Source: Mobula hypostoma
Lineage: Eukaryota
NCBI RefSeq assembly: GCF_963921235.1
Contig: NC_086107.1
Span: 110,982,001 to 111,046,000 of the forward strand
Reading direction: 5' to 3'
DNA: 64,000 bases
Shown here: piece by piece, positions 50,908 to 63,018 of the stretch
How the letters are laid out: each line of letters begins with the position of its first letter
How positions within the stretch are numbered: the stretch's first letter is position 1
Position numbers and translations under genes: made by a program
Notes under the pieces: model-generated
Told to the model about the DNA's origin: nothing
Databases searched by the model: none
Seen by the model: the letters and a program-made list of their open reading frames with translations, nothing else

Positions 50908-51739
50908 TTGACTCAAGCAGCTCCATAGGACTAGGTAGAAGAAATAATTCCTTGGGTGGTTGTTAAAATAGTTAGGATTTATAATGCAAATACAAAAACC
51001 TTTCTACACCCCAGATTATTATTACAGCATACAATCTATAGCCAGTCTTGACCAAAGCTTCCTATTTTTGACGTATTAATATCCCATCGCTCTCTCAGAT
51101 GTTTTAATGTGAACATCACCACCATTATTTTAAGTGAGGAGCAGTCTTTGCTGAGGCGACAATGGTGAGATAAAGCTGGCAGCCATGTCCTTTGGGATTA
51201 AATTTGTAAATATTGAGTTCCACTGGTACGTGTGTCCAGAGGTTGCCTCTTTACTGGTTAAAAGCGTAATGCAAACAGGTTTGTAAGATGTTCTTAGATT
51301 AATTGAAGCTAATGAGCCTTATTTTACCGGGACTGATGTTTTGCTGGTTCAGTAAAGACAGACTTTTAAATAATTATTTGCTTCAAGTGATGATATTAAT
51401 CTCTGTCAGTGCAGAATTCCCAAGGGAATAGCATTTACTGTGTAGATCAGCCACACAGGCAAATATTTGGCCAACTAAAACAAGTGACCATGATATATGT
51501 GGTTGTAACTATACTGTACATTTCATGTCAGGGAGTAGACTGGTTTCATTAGAATACCTACATATTTAAGAAATGTTATTGTTAATTGTATTTTTCTTGT
51601 TGAAAAATAGGAGAAATATCTCTCTCTTTGCATTTCTTGTTTGTGAATCCCTGTTAATAAAATATCTAACAGATGCAAGCAAAGGTTAAGACTATATCTG
51701 TCTACATAGGATGGCTGTGAAGCTGCCCTATTTGTACCT

Positions 51740-52460
51740 AGAGTCATAGAAAAGTACTGCACAGAAATAGGCCCTTCAGCCCATCTAGTCCATGCTGAAG
51801 CATTTAAACCACCTACTCCAGACACCTGCACTGGGAGCATGGCCCGCCATACCTCTACCATTCATGTACCTATCTGAAAATCTCTTAAATGTTGAACTTG
51901 AGTTCACATGCACCACTTGCGCTGTTAGCTCAATCCACACTCTCAAACCCTCTGAGTGAAGAAGTTTACCCTCATGTTCCCCTTAAACATTTCACCTTAC
52001 ACCCTTAACCCATGACCTCTGGTTGTAGTCCCACCCAATCTCGGTGGAAAAAGCCTGCTTGCATTTATCCTATCTATATCCCTCACAATTTTGTATACCT
52101 CTATCAAATCTCCTTTCAATCTTCTATGTTCCAAGGAATAAAGTTCTAACTTATTCAATCTTTCCTTACACCTCAGGTCTTCCAAACTGAACAACATCCT
52201 TGTAAGTTTTTTCTGTACTCTTTCAACCTTGTTTACATCTTTCCTGTAGGTAGGTAACCAAAACTGGATGCAATACCCTATGTTAGGCCTCACCAATGTC
52301 TTTTACAACTTCAGCATAACATCTTATCTCCTGTTCTCAATACTTTGATTTATGAAGGCCAATGTGACAAAAGCTTTCTCTACGACCTTGTCTACCTGTG
52401 ACGCCACTTTCAACAAGATCCTTTAGTTCTACATCACTCCTCAGTGCCCTACTGTTCACT
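51740..52460 (-). mobile_element. CR1 3' fragment (same family as 1-710)
   Basis: VRPNIGYCIQFWLPTYRKDVNKVERVQKKLTRML..TTRGHGLRV. Confidence 0.9.
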
Positions 52461-52674
52461 ACCTCCATAACTTAGAGTAATTGTCTGCTGTAAATCACCC
52501 CCCATGTAGATGGATACAGGGAGAATCAAAGTAGTTTGAAGCATGTGTGAGAGAGAGTAGCTGATAGGGAAACAGATTTGTGGATTGCTTTGTGAGTCAG
52601 CATAGATCCAGGGGGCTGAACATCCACTTTCAATGGCATAAGGAAGTATAAGAAACTTCAATTCATCCTCAAAG

Positions 52675-53055
52675 AAGGTCGTCCATCACTGGCGGTGTTC
52701 AGGGCTTGCTTCATCATGCCATTAGCTTCCCCTCGGTTTTCACTACTGTCAATCATGCAAGTCCCAGGTGGAGACTCAGGAAAACCGTCACACACTCAGA
52801 TGTAGAAGGATTCTTCATTGCTGTTTCCGTAGCAACTTTGTTTTACCAATCAGAGTTGTTAACCCTGAGCTGAACACCCAAGTCTGGAGGTCTGGTGGAC
52901 CACGTTTAGCTTTTCCTCTGCCCTTTGACCTGTTTGGCATTGGTGACCCTACCAAGAGCCAAAGCACAAGGCCCTGACTCCAGCCAGCAAAACTCTCCTG
53001 TTCATTTAGGCATGCAAGCCTCCAATCCACGACAAGGTTGTGGTCCTCTTGGGGG
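52675..53055 (-). mobile_element. RTE-derived short element (copy 2)
   Basis: Collinear with 25225-25625. Confidence 0.6.
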
Positions 53056-53227
53056 TTTCAAAAATAAACTCAGTCTTATTTCCCAAACTCATTTCATTCT
53101 CTCCTGCCAATCTCAACCCTATCCCCCATCTCGTTCTAATATAGCCTCAACTCTTCCACCAACCTCATTCCTAAACAGAGGCCTCCACATCGCTGCCTCT
53201 TTCCCAAGGTTCTCCCTCCCTCTAGAA

Positions 53228-53307
53228 CAGGGACTCCCGACCTTTGTTTTACCATGGAGCCGTACCATTAACCGAGGGGTCTCTGCGCCCCAGGTTGGGA
53301 ACCTCTG
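53228..53307. mobile_element. 80-bp hAT (Charlie-type) MITE
   Basis: Perfect 8-bp TSD CTCTAGAA (53220-53227 and 53308-53315); TIRs CAGGGACTCCCGACCT / AGGTTGGGAACCTCTG. Confidence 0.9.
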
Positions 53308-53732
53308 CTCTAGAAAGACAACAGCCTTCTGGATGGGGATGCCAACTATGCACACTTTGGTGTTCCAGCACTTGCAACCCAATCACGGCCTTTACAGTGC
53401 CAGTGGTTACTATTCAGGGTTCGATTCTCACTGATGTCTGACAGGAGATTATGTATTCTTCCCATGATCACGTAGGTTTCCTCTGGGTGGCCTGGTTTTC
53501 TCCAACATTCCAAAGACACACAGTTAGGATTAGTAGGTGGTTGGCATGCTATGTTGGCACCAGAAGTGTGGTGACACCTCTGGGCTTCCTTGCACTCTGT
53601 TGGATGTCAACGCAAAGCGATGCCTTTCACTCCATGTTTCGATGTCCTTGTGACGAATAAAGCTGGATTGCACTGGCTCAGATACCATGCAGGATCCAGA
53701 ATCTAAAAAAAAAAAACGGGGATCTATAGCAC

Positions 53733-54290
53733 CAGAGATTCTGCAGATGCTGGAAATCCAGAGCAAACACACACAAAAAGCTGGAGGAACTCAGCAGGTC
53801 AAGCAGCATCCATGGAAAAGAGAAAACAGTTGATGTTTCAGGCTGAGATCCTTCTTCAGGACTGGAAAGAAGGGGGAAGAAGCCAGAATGAGAAGGTGGG
53901 GGTGGGGAAGGCGTACAAGCTGGCAGGTGATAGGTGGATGAGGTAGAGGGCTGAAGAAGAAGGAATCTGATAGGAGTGGCGAATGGACCATTGAAGGAAG
54001 GGAAGGAGGAGGTCCAGAAGAGGAAGTTGATGGGCCGGTGAGGAGAAGAGGAGAGAAGATAAGGGAATGTGAAAAGAGAGATGGAGGAAGGAGGAGGAAT
54101 TGCTGGAAGTTAGAGAAATCAATGTTCATTCCATCAGGTGTTAGCCTACCCAGACAGAATCTGAGGTGTTGCCTCTCCATTGTGAGTGTAGTTACAAGAG
54201 GATGCCATAGCCAGACGTGTCGGAATGGCAATGGAAAGTTAAATTGAAATGGGTAGCCCCCAGGAAATCCCACCTTTTGTGGCAGACGGA
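53733..54290 (-). mobile_element. Penelope 3' region with hammerhead core at 53829-53862
   Basis: ERQHLRFCLGRLTPDGMNIDFSNF (GIY-YIG C-terminus); gtcCTGAAGAaggatctcagcctGAAAcATCaac. Confidence 0.85.
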
Positions 54291-56121
54291 ATGATGACGT
54301 TTGGCATGTGATCAATGAAATGTATAAATTTGCAAATGAATAGAAATTTGCTGGAGTTTGTTGATCATGAGGGAGAGTGTCAAAGGCTATAATTTGGGTG
54401 GAGAAAAGACAGGTGGAGTTTAATCCGGATAAATGTGAAGTGGTGCATTTGGGAGTCAAATGCAGGAGGAAAGTACAAGGTCACTCAGTGAAAGACAAGT
54501 TGGATTGTGTTCGCCTGCAGCAGCAGTAGCGCACGACGATGACTGTGCTGTGCCATCAGTCTACCGGCCGTGACCCTCAGGAACTTGAACTATATATATA
54601 TATATATATATATATACAGTGACTACGTTTTTCTGCTATTGTAACTTTATGTGCTGCGTGCTGTTGGTAATGCGTTTTGCACCTTGGCTCCAGAGGAACA
54701 TTGTTTTGTTTGGTTGTGTCACGTACGGTTGAATGACAATTAAACTTGAACTTGAACTCCAGTAAATGGCAGGACCTTTTGGGAGCTCTGTGTATACACG
54801 TACAATGTCTTGCCACGGCATAAACTGAAAGTCAAAGGCCTCAATGAAATGAGCGGGGCAGAGGGAAAGCAGCTCCCCAATATGGATGGAGATGCAAGTT
54901 GGCTTCTTAAAATGAGGCTGACTCACAGGCCTCTGCCACAGCTACTTTTGAGCTCTTGACGTCTTTGCCTGTCAGCTTTTCCAGTTTTCTGGGTTGGTGA
55001 CAATGTGTAAACCAAAACCTGCATTATTTCCCTGGTTCCTCAATTCCCTCTCCTCCCTTACTGCTATCCTTACAGTCCACCTTCTTGACCAGAACCCTCA
55101 TAGATAACCGTTCCCTTGGCATGTAACTCAGCTTGCTGTCTGAGTTTGTAAGATCCCCGGCCAGTTTACCAGCGGAATTGGAGGAACCTGCAAGGGAAAG
55201 GTTCAAAGATCAAAAGTTGAAAGTACATTATTATCAAAGTATGTGTATCATATACAACCTTGAGATTCGTCCCCTTGCAGGCAGCCACAAAGCAAAGAGA
55301 CACAATAGAGCTCACTAAAGTCCCACACTACAAAGACCGTCAAACACCCCATGTGGGGGAAAAAGAACAAATTGTGCAAACAATAAAAAGTAAACAAATA
55401 ACACACAGAACATGAACTGTGGTGTCCCTGAGAGTGCGCCCACAGCCCACAGAGCTAGCCCAGTGTTGCAGTTGGTTCAGGAACCTGATGGTTGCAGGTT
55501 GCAGGCCACAGCCACGGAGCCAGTTCGGTGCTGAGGCGGGTAATCCTCCTGGATTAGAGAGCTAAACACCAGAACATCCTCCGCCCTCGGTCTTGTTGCC
55601 TTGACTTTTTAACTGGCTCAGCGCTTAAATCGGCCAAACTGTCGGATCATTTTTTGCTCTCAGGCCCAGGCCTGAAACATTGCATCACGTGGCTAAATGT
55701 GCAGGTACTGCACTCATATACGAAACCAGTTTACTCTGGATGCTGGAGGTACAAAACCAAAAAGGAGAAAGTGCTGAACATACTGATCAGGTCAGTCAGC
55801 GTCAGTAGGTGGAGAAAATGAATTAACATTTCTGGCAATGACCTTACATAGAAATTCAACCTTGTGCTTTTAACCAAGCAGAACGGGAGATTACTAAGTA
55901 CAGTCACTGCACTGGTATCGTGAAAATAGCATTGTGCACAGTGGGGATGTAAACGCATATGGAGGTTGGATCTATAAAGAGCTTCAACCCACAGGCTCTT
56001 GTGTTGTTGTTTACTTTGGAGCTTCTAACACTTCGTGCTTTGGTAAATAGTGTCTGAAACCTACCATGAACAGGTCCTCATGCCTGATATTTACCTTTCA
56101 CTTTGCTTCTTGTTTTTGCAG

Positions 56122-56236
56122 ATACCTTATGAATGTAAGTTTTGAGGGAAGGAACCTCTCCTTCAGTGAAGATGGGTACCAGATGCACCCCAAATTAGTA
56201 ATCATATTACTCAACAGAGAGCGGCTGTGGGAGAAG
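56122..56236 (+). CDS. grin2b: NMDA receptor GluN2B internal exon (115 bp, end of amino-terminal domain)
   Basis: Polypyrimidine tract + ttttgcag acceptor; (R)[41 protein letters not shown]|gtaagg donor; phase 2 in, phase 0 out. Nearly identical to recalled mammalian GluN2[39 protein letters not shown]. Confidence 0.95.
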
Positions 56237-56309
56237 GTAAGGGCTTCGTTGATTTTGTTTTGCAAAGAATATGCAAGATGCAAATAAATACATAATTTGC
56301 ATTTCCATG

Positions 56310-56862
56310 CTAATCATTAGGAACCTCCCGTATGTAATGAAGAGGCCACTGAGTGTATGTTTGTGATCTTCTGCTGCTGTACCATCCACTTCGAGGTTCG
56401 ACATGTTGTGCACTCAGAGATGGTCTTCTGCACACCATTGTTATAACACGTGGTTATTTGAGTTACTGTCGCCTTCCTGTCAGCTTAAACCACACTGGCC
56501 ATTCTCCTCTGACCTCTCTCATTAACAAGGTATTTTCGCCCACAGAACTGCCGCCCACTGGATTTTTTTTTTAACCTGTTTCTCAGACCATTTTCTGTAA
56601 ACTCTGGATACTTGTCCATGAAAACCTCAGGAGATCAGCAGTTTCTGAGATACTCAAGCCACCCAGTCTGGCACCAACAATCATTCCATGGTCAAAGTCA
56701 CTTAGATCACACTTCTTCCCCATTCTGATGTTTGGTCTGGACAATAACTGAACCTCTGGACGATGTCTGCATGCTTTTATACATTGAGTTGCTGCCGTGT
56801 GATTGGCTGATTAGATATTTGCATTAACGAGCAGATGTGCCTAATAAAATGGCCACTGAGTG
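56310..56862 (-). mobile_element. Non-autonomous Tc1 family copy just downstream of the exon
   Basis: ggccactgagtg|ta at 56344 and 56851; reverse complement of the 24335 element. Confidence 0.9.
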
Positions 56863-57569
56863 TAGACGCCCAAAGCACCTCACTAACAACAAAATGCTGT
56901 TTGGAGTTTTGTCACTGCCTTAAGGGAGCACAGTCTTTGTTCCGTCGAGGAAAAGGTCTCAAGCCTTCCACAAAAATCTGTGCCTTCTTATTTCATTCTG
57001 GGACCTGGACTACATACAAGAGACATTTCAAACTGCCTAGGTAGCCTCTGTTAAAGTCCTCCAAATTCTCTGAACTGGTAACCGAAGCAATTTCAGTGTC
57101 CTCTCCCAGGTCAGAAAGTCCAGCACTTATGGCCTAGTCAGTTGGAAAACGCCTGAGAACAGACTTCTGAGGCAGAGACTCCTTTCTGGGCTTAGTTTGG
57201 AGAGGAGGTTGCCAGCTGGACAGATAAAAGTGATTCAAGGATGAACTTGAAACTTCCTTGAAGCAACACAACATTCCCACTGTGTCCTGGGAATATCTGG
57301 TCCATGACTAGTCATAATTATGAAGCTGCGTTCAGTGCGGTAGGGAGGGCCCCGGGTCTGTGTATTGGGACAAGATAGAAGAGCGGTAAATTGGTTTATG
57401 ATAGGCATGTGTACTGAGGTACAGTGAAAACATTTTACAGCTATTACAACCATGCATTGAAGTAGTGCAAGGGAAAACAAGAACAAAATGCAGAGTAAAG
57501 TGTTACAGTTGCAGGGAAAGTGCAGTGAAGACAGACCTGGGGTGCAAGACAAGGACTTAGATCACAGAA

Positions 57570-58725
57570 TATAGAACATAGAACTTCACGGCTCAGAACA
57601 GACCCTTCAGCCCACAATGTTGTCTGACCTTTTAATCTACTCTAAGATCAATCTAACCCTTCCCTCCCACATAGCCCTCCATTTTTCTATTATCCAGGTA
57701 CTGAAGAATCTCTTAAATGTCCTTTGACTGCTTTATTTGGCATTGTTGAGGATAGTGCAACTAAACTGAAGCCATCTAATTTGCGGGTATTGGCCTTTAT
57801 GTCTCTTATGGCCGGGCGGGTGATCTTGCTCGAGTGGAAGGAGGCTACCCCACCCACTCATGTTCAAAGGCCATCTGACGTTATGTTGTGCCTTGATCTA
57901 GAGAAGATTCATTGTTCAATTTCTGATTCTAAACATGATTTTCTAATGTTATGGGGACCCTTTCTGAATTATTTTCACAATCTTTGAACTGCTATTAAAG
58001 TATGGATCGGAGCCATTATTATTATAATATCATATGGTAAGGTATTTTTCTTTTTTCTTCTTTTTTTTACCAACCAGCTCATTTTGGTAGTGGGGATAGA
58101 TTTTTTTTTGAATAAAATACAATTATTTTATTCTATTTCATTTCATAATTCAATTTTTTTATACATGATTGATTTGGAATACGGGATATTGTGATCATAT
58201 TACTGTGATTTAAATATAATGTAATTCGTATTATTTACTTGTATCCTTATGAATTTTGTATTTGTAGTCATGTAATTTATATAATATCAATAAAAATATT
58301 GAAAAAGGAATGTCCTTAGTGTATCTGCCCCTACTACCACCCCTGGCAGTGTGTTCCTCACACCCACCATTCTCTATGTAAAAAAAAAACTTACCTCTGG
58401 CATCCTCTTTATACTTTCCTCCAATCCTTTTAAAACCAAGCCCCCTCATCTCCACTCTGAGAAAAAAAATCTCTGACAATTCACTTGATCTATGCTTCAT
58501 CATCTTGTACACCTCTATTAAGTTAACTCACATTCTCGTGTGCTCAGAAGAGAAAAACCCTAGCTCACTCAACCTATTCTCATAAGATATTCTCTCCAAT
58601 GCAGACAGTATCTTTGTAAATCTCCTATGTATCCTCACTGAAACATCCACGTCTTTCCAATAATGAGTCAATGAGAACTGAACACAATATTCCAAGTGTG
58701 GTCTAAGCAGGGTTTTATAGACTGT
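57570..58725 (-). mobile_element. CR1 3' fragment split by an L1 insertion
   Basis: VYKTLLRPHLEYCVQFSLTHYWKDVD; (catagaa)n tail at 57570. Confidence 0.85.
57725..58308 (+). mobile_element. 5'-truncated L1-clade LINE (ORF2 C-terminus plus 3' UTR)
   Basis: TALFG..LAFMSLMAGRVILLEWKEATPPT..LDLEKI..FLMLWGPFLNYF; AATAAA at 58289; 9-bp TSD AATGTCCTT (57716-57724 and 58309-58317). Confidence 0.85.
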
Positions 58726-58809
58726 GGGGTCAAGAGTCCGTCTTATATTAGGCAACCATTCAACAGCTTTTTAAAAGTGGGATAGGAGCTGTTCTTGAGT
58801 CTGTTTATA

Positions 58810-59384
58810 GAGTCATAGGGTCATAGCACAGAAACAGGCCCTTTGGCCCATCTAGTCCATGCCAAGCCATTTGACCTGCCTACTCCTAATGACCTGCACT
58901 GGGACTATAGCCCCCCAAACCCCTACCGTCCATGTATCTATCCAGACGTCTCTTCAACATTAAAATCAAGCTCGCATGCACCACTTGCACTGGCAGCCTG
59001 TTCCACACTCTCGCAACCCTCTGAATGAAGAGGATTCCCCTTATGCTCCCCTTAACCATGTCACCTTTCACCCATGACCTCTAGTTGTATTCCTACCCAA
59101 CCTCAGTGTAAAAAGCCGACTTGCATTGGCCCTATCTATACTCCACATAATTTTGTATGCCTCCATCAATTCTCTTCTCAGTCTTCTATATTCGAAGGAC
59201 TAAAGTCCTATCCTATTCAATCTATCCTTATAACTCAGGATCTCCAGGCCTGGCAACATCCTTGTAAATTTTCTCTGTACTCTTTCAACCTTATTTACAT
59301 CTTTCCTGAGGGTGGGTAACCAAAATGGTGCACAATACTCCAAATTAGGCTTCACCAATGCCTTATGCAACTTCAACATAACAT
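58810..59384 (-). mobile_element. Older CR1 3' fragment
   Basis: LFIQRVARVWNRLP..LKRRLDRYMD plus 3' tail. Confidence 0.85.
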
Positions 59385-59925
59385 CTGGTTAGGCCACACT
59401 TGGAGTACTGTGTCCAGTTCTGGTCACCTCACTATAGGAAGGATGTGGAAGCATTGGAAAGGGTACAGAGGAGGTTTACCAGGATGCTGCCTGGTTTAGA
59501 GAGTATGCATTATGATCAGAGACTAAGGGAGCTGGGGCTTTACTCTTTGGAGAGAAGGAGGGTGAGAGGAGACATGATAGAGGTGTACAAGATAATAAGA
59601 GGAATAGATAGAGTGGACAGCCAGCGCCTCTTCCCCAGGGCACCACTGCTCAATACAAGAGGACATGGCTTTAAGGTAAGGGGTGGGAAGTTCAAGGGGG
59701 TTATTAGAGGAAGGTTTTTTACTCAGAGAGTGGTTGGTGCGTGGAATGCACTGCCTGAGTCAGTGGTGGAGGCAGATACACTAGTGAAGTTTAAGAGACT
59801 ACTAGACAGGTATGTGGAGGAATCTAAGGTGGGGGCTTATATGGGAGGCAGGGTTTGAGGGTTGGCACAACATTGTAGGCCGAAGGGCCTGTACTGTGCT
59901 GTACTATTCTATGTTCTATGTTCTA
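59385..59925 (+). mobile_element. Young 5'-truncated CR1
   Basis: Open ORF 59400-59858 and (tatgttc)n tail; sister copy of 41779-42340. Confidence 0.95.
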
Positions 59926-61299
59926 TCCCATCTCCTGATCTTGAGTCTGGTGGTAGAGGTTATTGGGTTTTTGTAACTTCTGCCTGATGGAAGGGGTTGG
60001 GAGGGAGGAAGAGAGTTCATCTAGGAGGGCTGAAGCCTTTATGTTGGCTGCTTTACTGACGCGGTGAGAAGGAGCAAAATGGGCTTCACCACTACACAAA
60101 TGATATGCCTGCCTTCGTCTTCAGCCACCTCCTACTCCATGTACAGAGGAGTCTACACTTCCCACATTGTCTAACTCAGAACTGACACAGTTCTGCACAG
60201 GACCAAAAGAAGCTGCGGAGGGTTGTAAACTTAGTCAGCTCCACCTTAGGTACTAGCCTACAATGTACCCAGGACATCTTCAAGGAGCAGTGTCTCAGAA
60301 AGGCAGCGTCCATTATTCAGAACCTCCAGCACCCAGGGCATGCCCTTTTCTCACTGTTACCATCAGGAAGGAGGTACAGAAGCCGAAGGCACACACTCAG
60401 CAATTCAGGAACAGCTTCTTCCCCTCTGACATCCGGTTCCTAAATGGACATTGAACCCTTGGACATTACCTCACTTTTTTAATATATAGTATTTCTGTTT
60501 TTTGACACAAATTTTAATCTATTCAATATGCATATACTGTTGTTTGTTTGTTTATTTGTTTGTTTATTTATTTATTATTTGAGGTGACTGTTTACAATTC
60601 TCCGCAGCTTTTTCCAATCCTGTGCAGTGACCCGTCCATACCAGACAGTGGTGCAACCCACCAGAATGCTCTCCGCTAATTAACAATACATTGAGTAGCA
60701 CCGGAGGAGATCTGATTACGATGAGTAGGGGAACGGTTAGAGGAGATCTCAGAGAGAGGTTTTTTACACACTGGAACGCACTGCCGGGTTGGTGGTAGAG
60801 GCAGGTACATTAGGGGCATTTAAGAGATTCTTAGGTGCATGGATAATAGAAAAATGGAAGGCTATGTGGGAGGGTTAGATTGATCTTAGAGTAGGTTAAA
60901 AGATCAGCACAACATTGGATGTGTTATGTAAGAAGGAAGAATTCAATTGATCTTGGAGTTGGCTTAATTTAGTCAACACCATATTGTGGGCTGAATGGTC
61001 GCACTCTGATTGTTCGATGTTAATGCAGAAAACTACAATGTGTGAACAGGTCCTCTGGCCAACAATAACTGTGCTGGTAAAATTAAACAGATCCCTTTGC
61101 CTGCACATGATCCACATCCCTCCATTTCCAGAATATTTATTTGTCTATCTAAAAGCATTTTAAACATCATGATATCTGTTTCCACCATCACCCCTGGCAA
61201 CCTGTTTCAGACACCTCCCACTCTCTATAAAAAGTACATGCTGCGCACATCTCCGTTAAACTTCCCCCTGCTCATGTTAAAGCTACTCTAGCATATCAT

Positions 61300-61955
61300 A
61301 AACACAAAAAAGTCTGCAAATATTGGAAATCCAGAGCACCACACACACAAATGCTGGAGGAACTCAGCAGGTCAGGCAGCACCTATGGAAATCGACATTT
61401 CAGGCCGAGACCCTTCTTCAGGACTGAGAAGGAAAGTCATTGTCATAGTCATAGTCAAACTTTATTGATCCTGGGGGAAATTGGTTTTTGTTACAGTTGC
61501 ACCATAAGTAATTAAATAGTAATAAAACCATAAATAGTTAAATAGTAATATGTAAATTATGCCAGGAAATAAGTCCAGGACCAGCCTATTGGCTCAGGGT
61601 GTCTGACCCTCCAAGGGAGGAGTTGTAAAGTTTGATGGCCACAGGCAGGAATGACTTCCTATGATGCTCTGTGTTGCATCTCGGTGGAATGAGTCTCTGG
61701 CTGAATGTACTCCTGTGCCCACCCAGTACATTATGTAGTGGATGGGAGACATTGTCCAAGATGGCATGCAACTTGGACAGCATCCTCTTTTCAGACACCA
61801 CCGTCAGAGAGTCCAGTTCCATCCCCACAACATCACTGGCCTTACGAATGAAAAGGGGAAGATGCCAGAATAAAAAGGTGGGGAAAGGAAGGCAGGTGGG
61901 TGGGAAAGGTTAAGGACTGGAAAAGAAGGAATCTGATAGGAGAGGAGAGTGGATG
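61300..61955 (-). mobile_element. Penelope 3' fragment (hammerhead core 61391-61424) split by a young Rex1/Babar insertion (61436-61849)
   Basis: Penelope resumes at aaaaggggaagatgccagaat. The insert is near-identical to part of 2662-3090. Confidence 0.85.
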
Positions 61956-62421
61956 TGATAATATTTGCCACTTCTACTCAAAGGAACCATATCCTGGCTT
62001 TTATCCGATCTGTGCCTCTCATAGGTATACAACACTCATTGGAAGACAGAGGAAGGAGAGGTGACCTTTTTGAAGCATTATGTATTCTGATGGGAATTGG
62101 CGGGTGAATTTTGAGATGATGTTTCTATTGGGGAGGGGAGCTGTATACCTAGAACTAGAGGGCAGAGCTTCAGAAGAAGAGACCACCCATTTTGACGAAG
62201 GTGAGGAGGAATTACTTCTCTCCTTCAGCTCCTGATTACGCCAAAGTAAAGAATCCAACCTGTCCTTGGAGCTTAGAACTAATCCAGGCAGTTTCCTAGC
62301 AAACCTCTTCTTCAACCTCTCCACAGTATCCACATCCTTCCCAAGATGGGTTCGACAGGGCCGGTTCATACTTCTGCTTCCCGTGATCAACTGACGGTTT
62401 TTTTTCCTTGCTTGTGTGCAG

Positions 62422-62627
62422 GTCGGGAAGTGGGAGGCAAAAAGACTGACCATGAAGTACCACGTCTGGCCCCGGTACTACTTGTTCTCGGAGTCGGAAG
62501 AGGAGGACGACCACCTGAGCATTGTCACGTTGGAGGAGGCGCCCTTCGTCATCGTCGAGGACGTGGACTCGCTGAGCGGGACCTGCATGAGGAACACGGT
62601 CCCCTGCAGAAAGCAAGTGAAGCCAAT
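62422..62627 (+). CDS. grin2b: NMDA receptor GluN2B internal exon (206 bp, ATD-LBD linker and start of S1)
   Basis: ctgac branch-like site, tttttttccttgcttgtgtgcag acceptor; [70 protein letters not shown]|gtacgt donor. Phase 0 in matches the previous exon; phase 2 out. Confidence 0.95.
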
Positions 62628-62725
62628 GTACGTATCAACCGCCCTGCCCCACTTTGGGTTAGAGGTAACACTCACAGCCCGCTGGAGGAACTCAGCAGGT
62701 CGGGCAGCATCCGTGGAAAAGATCG

Positions 62726-62759
62726 GTCGACGTTTCGGGCTGGAACCCTTCGTCAGGAC
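62726..62759 (-). ncRNA. Minimal type I hammerhead ribozyme of the Penelope pLTR
   Basis: GUC CUGACGA A GGGU UCCA GCCC GAAAC GUC GAC: intact core, stem II, palindromic AC/GU stem III, GUC cleavage triplet and GUC/GAC stem I. Confidence 0.85.
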
Positions 62760-63018
62760 TGTATGGGGAAGGGGCAGAGGAGAAGGCTGGGGGGAGGGTG
62801 CGAAGGAGAAGGCTAGTAGGTTCCAGGTGAAAAACCAGTAAGGGGAAAGATAAAGGGGTGGGGGAGAGGAGGCAGGGAGGTGATAGGCAGGAAAGGTGAA
62901 GAAGGAATAGGGGAAAACATAATGGGTAGTAGAGAGAGGCGGAACCAAGAGGGAGGTGATAGGCAGCTGGGGGAGGGGGCAGAGTTTCATAGGGATAGGG
63001 GAAGGGAGGGGGAAGGAA

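Noticed and set aside
50992..51000. Perfect RSS nonamer ACAAAAACC just after the heptamer-rich array
   Set aside because: No CAC heptamer lies 12 or 23 bp upstream; the last CACTGTG ends about 93 bp earlier. Probably chance.
1..56121. The preceding large GluN2B amino-terminal-domain exon
   Set aside because: No ORF matches the expected ..FFQFGPSIEQQ..DEWDYGLPARVRD.. peptide, so it probably lies upstream of the window.
62617..62622. Alternative donor caa|gtgaag for the second exon
   Set aside because: It is a weaker consensus and gives phase 0. The gtacgt donor at 62628 gives the phase 2 expected for GluN2 genes.
62296..62990. Antisense and alternative-frame ORFs over the second exon
   Set aside because: These are shadow frames of a GC-rich exon plus the adjoining Penelope tail.
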